A stretch of 64,000 bases of DNA from a bacterium (lineage in GTDB: Bacteria > SAR324 > NAC60-12): contig OZ242383.1 of the NCBI GenBank assembly GCA_965209155.1, positions 1,664,001 through 1,728,000 on the forward strand, written 5' to 3'. Positions 51,500 through 61,102 of this stretch are shown here, piece after piece. The notes beneath the pieces were generated by a model. It was not told the DNA's origin, did no database searches, and saw nothing but the letters and a program-made list of their open reading frames with translations. Position 1 is the first letter of the stretch; every line of letters starts with the position of its first letter. Position numbers and translations under genes: made by a program.

Positions 51500-52585
51500 A
51501 TGACGATACCGACAATTCACGTTGGCTGCGGCGGGTATGCTCTCGGGCGACTTCATGCCTTGGTAAACTGCAAAGGTTTGGAACCGGTTGCTGGCGTGGA
51601 TATCAAACTTGAGGAAGCTCGCAAAAATGTGGCAAATATGGATGGCGATATCTTCCCAGGGCTCGCTGATCGCATCTACACCACAATAACAGAAGCGCGG
51701 GAGAAGCACCACGCTGAGGCATGCCTCATCTTCACCACGACACCATCTCACGCAAAACTCACTATCGAAAGCCTGAATCTTGGAATGCACACCCTGTGCG
51801 TCAAGCCGATTGCCTTCAATCAGGTTGAGTTCGGGCAAGTCATGTCCACCCGTAGAGCGAATCCCAACGTGATGCTCGTGCAGGGACAAAACAAACGCTG
51901 GAATCCCGCGGCTGCCAAGATGCGTGAGTGGCTTGGCGAGGAGGGTATCGGCGAAATGCTAGGCGGAGAGTGCCGGCTTTGGGTTCGCATGAGGGATTTT
52001 ACACCGGCTGACGATGAGATATTTTTTCACTTTTGTGCGGGCCACCAGCTCGACCAGCTTGTGGCCGCAAAAGGTCTGCCGAAGTATTTGACAGCATACA
52101 TTCAGCCGAATAAAGAACAAACCGGCGTATCGGGCCCCTCCGGTGGTCAAGTACTCATGGAATATGCCAACGGAGCCCCTTTCTGCTACACGGCTACTCG
52201 GGCAGGTCACACAAACGGCGAATGGAGGATATATGGTTGGTCCGGAGAATGGACCATTCATGGAGAAAAGGGAGATATCTCCCGGACGGCAGGTTATCCG
52301 GAGCCGGGACACCTGCGGCTTTTCCGCCGGGGTGAATGTGTTGAAGACCTTCATCTCCAAGATCTCCATCCTCCACCTAAGGGGGTGGATTATCGCCATT
52401 GGGAAGAAGATGATCGCCTTCAATTCGACGCCTTTGCGGAGGCCATTTCTACAGGCAAGGACCGGGATTGGCTCCAGGAAACAACCTTGAACACCTGGGT
52501 GCTAACGGAAGCATGCCACGTATCTGTAAGGACGCGCGAACGGGTAGATGTTGAAGCATTTCGCGCAAAAGTGATAGGAGAATAA
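51500..52585 (+). CDS. Gfo/Idh/MocA-like oxidoreductase, divergent
   Basis: HVGCGG, HTLCVKP (EKP variant), QNKRW. Confidence 0.7.
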   Translation: MTIPTIHVGCGGYALGRLHALVNCKGLEPVAGVDIKLEEARKNVANMDGDIFPGLADRIYTTITEAREKHHAEACLIFTTTPSHAKLTIESLNLGMHTLCVKPIAFNQVEFGQVMSTRRANPNVMLVQGQNKRWNPAAAKMREWLGEEGIGEMLGGECRLWVRMRDFTPADDEIFFHFCAGHQLDQLVAAKGLPKYLTAYIQPNKEQTGVSGPSGGQVLMEYANGAPFCYTATRAGHTNGEWRIYGWSGEWTIHGEKGDISRTAGYPEPGHLRLFRRGECVEDLHLQDLHPPPKGVDYRHWEEDDRLQFDAFAEAISTGKDRDWLQETTLNTWVLTEACHVSVRTRERVDVEAFRAKVIGE

Positions 52586-52586
52586 T

Positions 52587-52964
52587 ATGAAGTTAATTAC
52601 AGCAACAGAAGTTCCCAAACCAATGCATAATGAAGCAAGTGGAGCAGTAATCTACACGATGATAGGAAAGCACTATGATGAAGCAGGGGTCGCAAACAAT
52701 CATATGGTTCACCTGCATGTTTTACCGAAATGCGGGTGGAGCAGGCCGCACTATCACAAAGTCACTGAGGAATCCTATTACATCATTTCTGGCCAAGCGC
52801 GTATGATTGTGGACGGAAAAGAAATTACAGTCTCAGCTGGTCAGGCTATCCTTCTAATGCCCAATGAAGTTCATCAATACTGTAACGATCAGGATACTGA
52901 CCTTGAATTCCTTGTGATAAGTTCTCCTCCCGCGTCAGCTGATGACCATCATTATGATGTCTAG
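52587..52964 (+). CDS. Cupin domain protein
   Basis: PHYH...EESYYIISG, PNEVH. Confidence 0.88.
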   Translation: MKLITATEVPKPMHNEASGAVIYTMIGKHYDEAGVANNHMVHLHVLPKCGWSRPHYHKVTEESYYIISGQARMIVDGKEITVSAGQAILLMPNEVHQYCNDQDTDLEFLVISSPPASADDHHYDV

Positions 52965-52993
52965 TATGATGTGATCATTGATGAAAGGATAAT

Positions 52994-53365
52994 ATGAAAT
53001 TAATTACAGCAACAGAAAATCCTAATCCACTTATATTGGATAATGGAACAATCATATACGAAATGATAGGAAAGAATTATGCCCCGATAGTAGAATTAGA
53101 CGACTATAGCGTTGGCTTAATTGTAGTTCCGAAATGCGATTGGAACAAACCGCATTATCACAAAATCGTTTCAGAAACCTATCACGTCACTTCTGGTCAG
53201 CTGCAGGTGGATGTGGATAGAAAAGTAACAACAGTCTCAGCCGGTCAGGCAATCCTCCTGGAGCCCAATGAAGTTCATAAATTCCGTAATGTTCAGGACA
53301 CAGTTTGTGAATTCCTTGTAATAAACTCTCCTCCCGCGACAGAAGATGACCATTTTTATGTCTGA
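52994..53365 (+). CDS. Cupin domain protein, tandem paralogue
   Basis: PHYH...SETYHVTSG, PNEVH; same MKLITATE start. Confidence 0.88.
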   Translation: MKLITATENPNPLILDNGTIIYEMIGKNYAPIVELDDYSVGLIVVPKCDWNKPHYHKIVSETYHVTSGQLQVDVDRKVTTVSAGQAILLEPNEVHKFRNVQDTVCEFLVINSPPATEDDHFYV

Positions 53366-53497
53366 GTCCAGCGACGAAAATTCTTCGGAGTCATTTGCTT
53401 GATTCCCTGGGGATTTTGGCGATTCTACCGCAAAAGATTTATGTCGCTGTACTGAGTATTATGGGATCATTGTGACTACCACAGAAAGGGTCAACAC

Positions 53498-54370
53498 ATG
53501 GGAAAAAGATTTAAAAGAAAAGAAATTCTGGAGCGGCTCCAAGCCCATATCGATACAGGCCAGACCATTCTGGGGGCCGGTTGCAGTGCGGGCATCATCG
53601 CCAAATGTGCGGAGCTCGGCGGGGCAGATCTGATCATCTGTTACAGCACCGGCATTTCAAGACTCAAAGGTCTGCAAACGGAGACAATCGGGCATTCCAA
53701 CCCCGTTACCCTGGGCATGTTTGATGAAATCCAAAATGTTGTCAAAGATACACCGATCATTGCCGGGATCATGGCCAATGATCAGACGGACTATGACTTG
53801 GATAGAATGATCCAGAAGTTCATTGACCAGGGGTTTGATGGGGTGATCAATTTTCCTACCCAGTCACAGATAGAAATGCAACTCCCTATAACTAAAGATC
53901 AAAATGATGCCAGGGGGAAAGCGTTTGGCCTACCCTGGGGGTTTGCCCGAGAAGTGGAAATGATTCGGAAACTCCGTGACCGAAACGTGTTTACCCTGTG
54001 TTATGTCTTCTCTCCACAACAGGCGGCAGACATGGTTAAGGCTGGGGTGGACGTGGTCTGTGCCCATGTTGGGGGAACGTCCGGGGGGCTGATTGGGTTC
54101 TTAGCCAACCCCTTGGAAGAATGTCTGGAGAATGCTCAAAAAATAATGGAAGGGGCATGGGCGGTGGATGCCAATGCCATCTGTCTGGCCCACGGCGGTC
54201 CTTTTGCTGAACCTCAAGATTTGCAGGCGTTGTATGAACAAACGGACGCCCAGGGTTTTGTCGGGGCCTCCAGCATCGAACGGATTCCGGTAGAAAAGGC
54301 GGTGATGGGTGCCGTGAAAGCGTTCAGGGACTATCAGTTTCGAGAAAGAAAAGAAGATGAAAACCATTAA
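53498..54370 (+). CDS. TIM-barrel signal-transduction / PEP hydrolase-like family protein
   Basis: AKCAELGGADLII.Y, G.INFPT, HGGP, GFVGASSIERIPVE. Confidence 0.88.
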   Translation: MGKRFKRKEILERLQAHIDTGQTILGAGCSAGIIAKCAELGGADLIICYSTGISRLKGLQTETIGHSNPVTLGMFDEIQNVVKDTPIIAGIMANDQTDYDLDRMIQKFIDQGFDGVINFPTQSQIEMQLPITKDQNDARGKAFGLPWGFAREVEMIRKLRDRNVFTLCYVFSPQQAADMVKAGVDVVCAHVGGTSGGLIGFLANPLEECLENAQKIMEGAWAVDANAICLAHGGPFAEPQDLQALYEQTDAQGFVGASSIERIPVEKAVMGAVKAFRDYQFRERKEDENH

Positions 54371-55583
54371 AACAGTCGTCTTGGCCGGAGCTTTGGATAC
54401 GAAAGGGCGAGAGTATGCCTTCGTTAAAAATCTCATTGAAAAGCAGGGCCTCCGTGCCCTTGTGGTGGATTTCGGCGTTATGGGAGAGCCTGGCCTGGAG
54501 CCGGATATTGGCCGAGCAGAAGTTGCCGGAGCCGGGGGCGGAGACATTGAGGAAATGCGCCTGGACCGGCGAAAGGATGCAGCCATGCAAACAATGGCTG
54601 ATGGTCTCCCGGTTATTGTCCGCCGTTTGTTCGATGAAGGGCAGTTGGACGGGATCCTGGCTATGGGCGGGGGCGGAGGCACCGCCATTGCTGCCAAAGC
54701 GATGCGGGCCTTGCCGTTGGGTGTGCCCAAGGTGCTGGTCACCACCGTAGGCAACGGGGATGTGCGGGGGATTGTGGGCACCAAGGATATCACCCTCATT
54801 CAAGCGATTGTTGACATCGCTGGGATCAATCGCATCAGCGGCAGCATCTATACGCAGGCCGCCGGAGCAATGGCCGGCATGTTGGCTTTAGAGCCTCCTG
54901 AAATTGAAAACGAACGCCCCTTGATCACTGCATCCATGTTTGGGAATACCACAGCCTGTGTGGACCATGCCCGGGGCATCCTGGAGGACAAGGGCTATGA
55001 GGTCTTAGTCTTCCATGCCACCGGCAGCGGCGGCCGGATGATGGAAAGCATGATCGAGGAGGGTCTTATCGCGGGCTGCCTGGACGTGACCACCACCGAA
55101 CTGGCCGACGAAGTTTGTGGTGGTAAAATGAGTGCCGGACCAGATCGATGTCTGGCCGCCTCTCGGGCTGGGATCCCCACGGTCCTTGTCCCCGGTTGTG
55201 TGGACATGGCCAATTTCGGAGCCTTTGATACGGTTCCAGGACCGTATCAAAACCGTAATCTCTACAAGTGGAATAACGGCACATTGCTAAGAACCAATGT
55301 AGCGGAAAACCGTCGTATCGGCCACATGCTTGCCGCCGCCGCTAACGCCACCAAGGGCCCGGTTTCCATTGTGATTCCACTCATGGGTGTTTCGATGCTG
55401 GATAGCATCGGTGGAGATTTTTGGGACCCGGAGGCCGATCAGGCCTGTTTCGATGCAATCAAGGAATCGCTCAAACCGGGCATCCCGATCATCGAGCTGG
55501 ACAACAACATCAACGATCCGGAATTCGCCGATAAGGTGGCTGAAATACTGCTGGACCTGTTGAGACGACCGGCTTGCCTTTGA
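54357..55583 (+). CDS. Tm-1-like ATP-binding domain protein (UPF0261)
   Basis: LDTKGRE, LPLGVPK, SMFGNTT, VFHATG.GG, DVTTTELAD. Confidence 0.9.
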   Translation: MKTIKTVVLAGALDTKGREYAFVKNLIEKQGLRALVVDFGVMGEPGLEPDIGRAEVAGAGGGDIEEMRLDRRKDAAMQTMADGLPVIVRRLFDEGQLDGILAMGGGGGTAIAAKAMRALPLGVPKVLVTTVGNGDVRGIVGTKDITLIQAIVDIAGINRISGSIYTQAAGAMAGMLALEPPEIENERPLITASMFGNTTACVDHARGILEDKGYEVLVFHATGSGGRMMESMIEEGLIAGCLDVTTTELADEVCGGKMSAGPDRCLAASRAGIPTVLVPGCVDMANFGAFDTVPGPYQNRNLYKWNNGTLLRTNVAENRRIGHMLAAAANATKGPVSIVIPLMGVSMLDSIGGDFWDPEADQACFDAIKESLKPGIPIIELDNNINDPEFADKVAEILLDLLRRPACL

Positions 55584-55893
55584 TCCCAGCGATACCACGA
55601 TCAGCTTTCAGCTATCAAGGAGTGCGCTCGAGGGTTAGCCAGGATTTTCTAAAAACTGATAGCTGACAACTGATAGCTCCTGAGTGCATCAAAACGCGAG
55701 AAAAAAAAGACCCTGGAACGTCAGCCCGGTGGAATCCATAAAGAACCAAAATTAATAAGGAGTGAGTGATGTTTTTTAAAAAGCTTTGCAGCCTTTTTGT
55801 GAGGCTGAACGTGGCAGGCGTCGTGTCTGCTGCGAAACTCCGATTCGCCCCAGGACGGGTGTCTCCTTCTTACCAAACTAAGAAGGAGACACC

Positions 55894-56760
55894 GTGAAAG
55901 CTGCGATACATAAGGACGGAAAAATTGAGATTCAGGATCTGCCCACCCCAACCCCGGGGGACGAAGAGGCGCGCATCCGCATCACCGCAGCAGGCGTTTG
56001 CCACTCCGACGTGCGCGGCGACTGCGAGTTCTGCCTGGGCGGAGAACCGCGTCACTGCTCCCAGGTCAAGGGCCTCAGTGGCACCTTCGCTGAGCAGTTC
56101 TGCGTGTGGGCCAAGGCGCTCGTAAAACTGCCGGACACGGTGGGTGATGAAGAAGCAGGACTCTCCTGTGGCGGCCTCACGGCGTATAGCGCCGTCAAGA
56201 AACTCTTCAAGCACCACATCCAACCGGGGCGCCAGGTGGCGATCGTGGGTGCCGCCGGGGGCCTCGGCCACTACGCCGTCCAGGTCGCAACGACCTTCGG
56301 CTACAAGGTGGTGGGCATCGACATCGGCGAGGAGCGGCTGAAGTTCGTCGAGTCGCTCGGCGCCAAGCTGGCCGTCAGTGCGGACGAGGCCGTTGAAGCC
56401 GTTCAGCAGTTCGGTGGGGTGGACGCCGCGATCGTGTTCTCGGCCTCCATAGCCGGGTTCAAGCTCGGTTTAAAGGTGTTGCGACCCAGCGGCCTGTTCG
56501 TGGCGTGTGGTATTCCCCCCACGAGCGAAGGCCACTTCGGACTGGACCCCTTCTTGTGGAACCAGAAAGGCGCGACCCTGACCGCCTCGGTCGTCGGCAA
56601 CGTGCAGGAGATGCGCGAGCTCGTCGACATGGTGGCGGCCGGAGACGTCAAGAGCCACATCGGCCGCCGCGGTCCGCTCTCGGACCTGGATGCCATCTTG
56701 GATGAGCTCGAAGAAGGCAAGTACCTGGGCCGCGCCGTCATCACCGACCTCGGCAGCTAG
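55894..56760 (+). pseudogene. Zn-dependent alcohol dehydrogenase with in-frame internal deletion
   Basis: GVCHSD joined directly to RGDCEFC; GHE motif missing; GAAGGLG intact; visibly GC-rich. Confidence 0.7.
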
Positions 56761-56976
56761 GAACTGCATGAATGACAACTACTTCAAAGTACACCCAATC
56801 GTTAACTCTTGGTTTTGTTAGATAAAAAGAGTATCATTAAATAGAAGAGGTCAGTCAACTTCCCGACCGAAGAAGATCAAAGAACCGTGGTTTCTTTCCT
56901 CAACGCTTTTATCAAACGTCGTAAGTTTGAAACAATGATGCAACGTTAATTTATCAGACAGAAGGAGACTCAACTA

Positions 56977-57219
56977 ATGCTTACTCACTATATTCGTGCC
57001 GCTTTAAATCAAGCGACTTATGAAATTTTACCCGATGATGGCACTTTTTATGGAGAAATTCCGGTTTGCCAGGGAGTCTATGCCAATGCCAAAACTCTGG
57101 AAGCCTGCAGAGATGAGTTAGAAGAAGTCCTGGAAGAATGGATTTTATTTCGAGTCCACAAAAACCTTTCCCTCCCTGTGATTGATACTCTTTCCTTGAA
57201 AATCCAAGAGGTGGCCTGA
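56977..57219 (+). CDS. hicB: HicB-family antitoxin (short)
   Basis: FYGEIP...GVYA.AKTLE.C..EL.EVLEEW. Confidence 0.85.
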   Translation: MLTHYIRAALNQATYEILPDDGTFYGEIPVCQGVYANAKTLEACRDELEEVLEEWILFRVHKNLSLPVIDTLSLKIQEVA

Positions 57220-57437
57220 TGCCTCGGTTAGGTTCCATTAAACGCAAAGATCTGATTCGTTTTCTCAGAAAAGCTGGCTTTGAAGGACTTTATTCTGGAA
57301 GAAATCATCAGTTCATGATGAAGGGGGATCTTTCTTTAAGAATTCCCAATCCTCATCAAAGTGATATTAGCAAAGGGTTGTTGGTTCGCATCCTCAAACA
57401 AGCAGAAATCGAGAAAGAAGAGTGGGAAGCTTTATAA
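57219..57437 (+). CDS. hicA: HicA-family toxin
   Basis: L.K.GF...G.NH.FM, IPNPH..DI...LL.RILKQA; TGATG coupling. Confidence 0.88.
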   Translation: MPRLGSIKRKDLIRFLRKAGFEGLYSGRNHQFMMKGDLSLRIPNPHQSDISKGLLVRILKQAEIEKEEWEAL

Positions 57438-57542
57438 CGAAAAAGTGCCTTGTCCTGATATGGGTTTACATATTAGTGAAATCTCAAGTAGAGGACAAGA
57501 TGGAACAATTTGAAACCATTGGCTGAAAGGAAAAAACACATT

Positions 57543-58167
57543 GCTTCAAAACGTATCTCTTTTCTGCTGAATCATTTTCATCCGAAACATTCACCTGAAT
57601 TCTATGGTCTCCTTGGATTTATATATTGCGCGTATATGCAGGATTTTGAGTTTGCTTATGAACTCGGTCGTTTGGGCATACAGCTCATGGAAGCGCTGGA
57701 TCTGAAGGAAATAAACTGTAGAGTTTCCGGGGGTTTCAATGGTGTGACCCGATTCTGCCGGGAGCCGCTATCGGCGTCATTGGATCCCTTGCTGGAAGCT
57801 CATAAGATGGGAATCGAGACGAAAGAACCTCACAATCACTGCCGCTGTCATGGAAGCTCTGACCTCCTATGATTGGCCGGGAAACGTCAGGGAATTGATC
57901 AACACCATGCATCACTACCTGACGCTCCAGAAACTCGATTTCCTCGATTCCTCCATCGATGACAGCCAAACAGAACCACCGGTCTCGGTTGAGGCGCGTG
58001 AAACCAATGAATCCTTGGATGCCACTGTGAAGCGATTCGAAAAACTGTATTTGACCAGGGTGCTGGACGATAATGACTGGCACCAGGGCAAAGTTTCAGC
58101 CCTCCTGGGGGTTGATCGTAAAACATTGTATCGAAAAATAATCCAATACCATCTCAAACCTTCATAA
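57543..58167 (+). pseudogene. Deleted paralogue of the 41504-47839 regulator
   Basis: 57543-57821 resembles 44822-45100; next segment resembles 47479-47541; then a different Fis HTH (LGVDRKTLYRKI). Confidence 0.85.
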
Positions 58168-58249
58168 AGAGAAGATGGTTTTGATGGGCCCCTTAGAACG
58201 CGAAGTGGTGACGCCGAGTGAAAGCCGTCTCGGGGAATCCCAATGGAGG

Positions 58250-58528
58250 TTATGAAGATCGCTTCGGGAAACCATCAAAAACCTCCTCAAGACTAGAAGC
58301 ATCAAGGATTCGTTCTGCTAACGATTCTAATTCGGAGACTGGCAAGCCTGCAAGTATCCTTTGGTGTGATTCGGTGAGCGGGCCAAATTTTTTCTCCAGA
58401 AGTTTGACAACGAGTTGTAGGGCTTCTTGTTTGACACCTTGTTTGACACCTTGTTTGACACCTTGTTGGACACCTTGCTGGACACCTTGCTGAAGGCCTT
58501 CTTGTCTTAATTGTTCGGCAATGGTCAT
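58250..58528 (-). CDS. Putative in-frame small Rpn product (RpnS-like)
   Basis: GAGGT-AATC-ATG at MTIAEQL. Confidence 0.55.
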   Translation of the reverse strand: MTIAEQLRQEGLQQGVQQGVQQGVKQGVKQGVKQEALQLVVKLLEKKFGPLTESHQRILAGLPVSELESLAERILDASSLEEVFDGFPKRSS

Positions 58529-59275
58529 GATTACCTCTTGTGCTTTTTCAGAAACAAATTGTTCTTGGATTTGAGGAATCACACTGGCTTTCTCTAAATG
58601 AGGACTCCCTTGGAATAAATAATATAGCACAGTTTCCAGAGATTCCAATCCTGTTTCTTTTTGAGCGAACTCGTTGAGTAAAGGCAAAATGGTTTCGATC
58701 AGGTATTCCTGGAGATCCGGAGCATCGATATGCTTCATGAGCAAAAGTGCCACTCTCAATAACAGTTGACCTTTGATTTCCTCATCAGACAATTTAGATA
58801 AATCCATCAGGCTATAGGTAAAATTGGGAACGTAGGGTTTTAAGGCATGAGGAACTTCAAGAAATTCATGAAAGCTCAAGCTCACCTTCCATGACGTTGC
58901 TCCCTGGTAGAGCACCATCGGGAAGATCAACGGGATCGGTTCTTGGGGATACTGTTTTTTATGCTGTTCCCAGATATTGACCATGTAGACTAAAAGACGA
59001 AAAGGCATATCAGGATGAGGACGCCGTTGGTGTTCTAAATGCAGATAGAAATAGCCCTTGAAACCGGAGAAGCGGGTTTCATAGAGCAAATCGCTGCGTC
59101 GATTACGCAATGCTTTTTGTACAAAATCCCCAGGGGCCAAATGCATGATGGACCAATCCATTGATTCTTTGACATTGACTGGAAGATATTCTTCAAAAAA
59201 GGAGCGCGCGGTTTGAAGATTACTGAACTGCTGGAGAAAGAAATTGTTATGAATCGGGGCTTTCGTTTTGGCCAT
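58250..59275 (-). CDS. Rpn/YhgA-like PD-(D/E)XK nuclease with DUF4351-like tail
   Basis: RRSDLLY, LHLEHQ, MPFRLL.Y, PMVLYQG, MTIAEQL, QGV repeats; GAGGAG before ATG 59275. Confidence 0.9.
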   Translation of the reverse strand: MAKTKAPIHNNFFLQQFSNLQTARSFFEEYLPVNVKESMDWSIMHLAPGDFVQKALRNRRSDLLYETRFSGFKGYFYLHLEHQRRPHPDMPFRLLVYMVNIWEQHKKQYPQEPIPLIFPMVLYQGATSWKVSLSFHEFLEVPHALKPYVPNFTYSLMDLSKLSDEEIKGQLLLRVALLLMKHIDAPDLQEYLIETILPLLNEFAQKETGLESLETVLYYLFQGSPHLEKASVIPQIQEQFVSEKAQEVIMTIAEQLRQEGLQQGVQQGVQQGVKQGVKQGVKQEALQLVVKLLEKKFGPLTESHQRILAGLPVSELESLAERILDASSLEEVFDGFPKRSS

Positions 59276-59611
59276 GAGCGGACTCCTCTGGCGGTTGCGA
59301 TCCTCCTTATAGGACCAAAGCCGACCCTTTGTCAACCTTGGTTCGCCACAAAGCAAAATCTTGTGTTTTTCAAAGTATCCAAATGCTGTTCAAATGAATT
59401 CCTCATCTCAAGGGAAATGAGAACGTTTCCATCGAGCACGAGCACGATGACGAACCCGTGCACGTTTCTGCAAAAGCCGATTGTCTCTAACCCCACCCAA
59501 TGGACATGATTTCATTCAGATAAAATCGAATAGGGAATTACTGCCCCAATCTAGGATTAGTGTTTAATATCAATGAATTACTACCGAAAATCCATCATTT
59601 TTTGCGTTTAA

Positions 59612-60228
59612 GTGCCGGGGTCATTCTTGTCGGCAAGATGCGCGACACCACCGAGGACGACTGGTGCTTCGTCCTGTCAGTGAATCTCGACGGGGTCTTT
59701 CGGGTGGGGCAGTGCTTCGCCCGGCTCCTGCGTGAGCAGAACCGAGGGGGACACATCGTGAACACAGTCTCGGTCGGGGGCTTCCTGACCCACAGCACCT
59801 CCGTCGCCTATCACGTCAGCAAGTGCGGGGTCGTCGCCTACAGCGAAGCCTTGCGTACCGACCTGGAACCCGATGGCATTGGGGTCTCGACCCTGTGCCC
59901 CGGGGAAGTCGTCACCAACCTGGCAGACTGTGATCGACTGCGCGACCCCAAAGATCAGGTAGGCTTACACTCCGAAGCCGTGAGGGAATGGGATCGCGAT
60001 GGATTGCAACCGGAAGAGGTCGGCGCGATCGTCGTGTCGGGCATTCGTCACAACGCCGCCTACATCTATACCCACGACTTTAGCGAGCCTTTGGCCGACC
60101 GGCTCCAACAGGTGCTGAAGGACTTAAAGGACGGATTGCCCCTCGTAAAAGGTGCTTCCGGCTCATGGTACCAACGGGTGCTGAAGGGCTTCGAGTTTAG
60201 GGATTTGAAGCCGCCTCGGAAGAAGTGA
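59612..60228 (+). pseudogene. 5'-truncated SDR
   Basis: Starts at AGV (NNAG region); VNLDGV, GHIVNT, YHVSK present; GxxxGxG absent; abrupt AT-to-GC junction. Confidence 0.7.
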
Positions 60229-60314
60229 TCGACTGAGTTGCCGATCCTGCCCGGCGGTGCGGTAAACCTATCAACCTGCTGGGGATCGATCGTCTCTTGG
60301 TGAATGCAGGGGAT

Positions 60315-60635
60315 CTATCTCCATTCTTTTGCTGTTTCTCCGTGGGGCAATGGTTGAATCATCCTATAGTCCTCCTTATCACTATGATAGGTATCCCATA
60401 GATCAATACTCATTTGCATGCCCAGCCAAAATTCAACGGTGGAATTAAATAGTAGGGATAAGCGAATCGCAGTATCTGGTGTGACACCACGTTTCCCGGA
60501 GATAATCTCATTCACCCGGACACGACTGATTTTCAAGGCATCAGCTAATTGTTGTTGTGTTAATCCTAAAGGCTCCATATATTCATATTTGATGATCTCT
60601 CCAGGGGGAGTAGGTCTTCGGTTTTTTGGTAACAT
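60315..60635 (-). CDS. higA: HigA-family antitoxin
   Basis: PTPPGEI, HTH, VTPDTAIRL, FWLGMQ. Confidence 0.92.
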   Translation of the reverse strand: MLPKNRRPTPPGEIIKYEYMEPLGLTQQQLADALKISRVRVNEIISGKRGVTPDTAIRLSLLFNSTVEFWLGMQMSIDLWDTYHSDKEDYRMIQPLPHGETAKEWR

Positions 60636-60646
60636 AAATTCCTCTT

Positions 60647-60928
60647 TCAGTGGTATCGGGTAAGTTCTAGGTCAAAGACATCTCCTTCTTCAAATCGGAA
60701 ACATAAACGCCAAGGACCATTCACCGAGATAGTATATTGCCCTTTTCGGTCATCTGTTAAAGCATGAAGATGATTGCCAGGGGGAGATTGTAAATCCCTC
60801 AATTCTCTGGCCTGGTTCAGCATATCCAGTTTCCTGAAAACCTGGCCCCTCAACTGAGGTTTGATTCTCTTAGGCTTCCCGCTGTGAAAAAATTCTTCCA
60901 ACCATTCTTGGGCAAATGTTCTGATCAT
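60647..60928 (-). CDS. higB: HigB-family toxin
   Basis: PPGNHLHAL, GQY.ISVNGPWRLCF, RYH. Confidence 0.92.
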   Translation of the reverse strand: MIRTFAQEWLEEFFHSGKPKRIKPQLRGQVFRKLDMLNQARELRDLQSPPGNHLHALTDDRKGQYTISVNGPWRLCFRFEEGDVFDLELTRYH

Positions 60929-60952
60929 ATCTGTTTTGCCTGAATATTAAAT

Positions 60953-60979
60953 AATATGTAATATAACATGTAACATATT
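60953..60979. promoter_or_regulatory. Possible HigA operator
   Basis: AATATGT-N13-ACATATT upstream of higB. Confidence 0.35.
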
Positions 60980-61062
60980 GTATTGCAAATATTAAGAGAA
61001 GATCGAGGAGGGAATCCCGGTTTGTTTCAATTCATGTGTTTGGTTTTCCCCTCCCAAAAAAA

Positions 61063-61102
61063 GGGTCAAATCTTTTTTCGCATTATCCAAGGTTTAAATG
61101 TG
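61063..61102 (+). repeat. 40-bp dispersed repeat, copy 2
   Basis: 39/40 identical to 15163-15202. Confidence 0.85.

Noticed and set aside
58428..58500. Tandem repeat as CRISPR or non-coding array
   Set aside because: No spacers; it is the in-frame QGV coding repeat of Rpn
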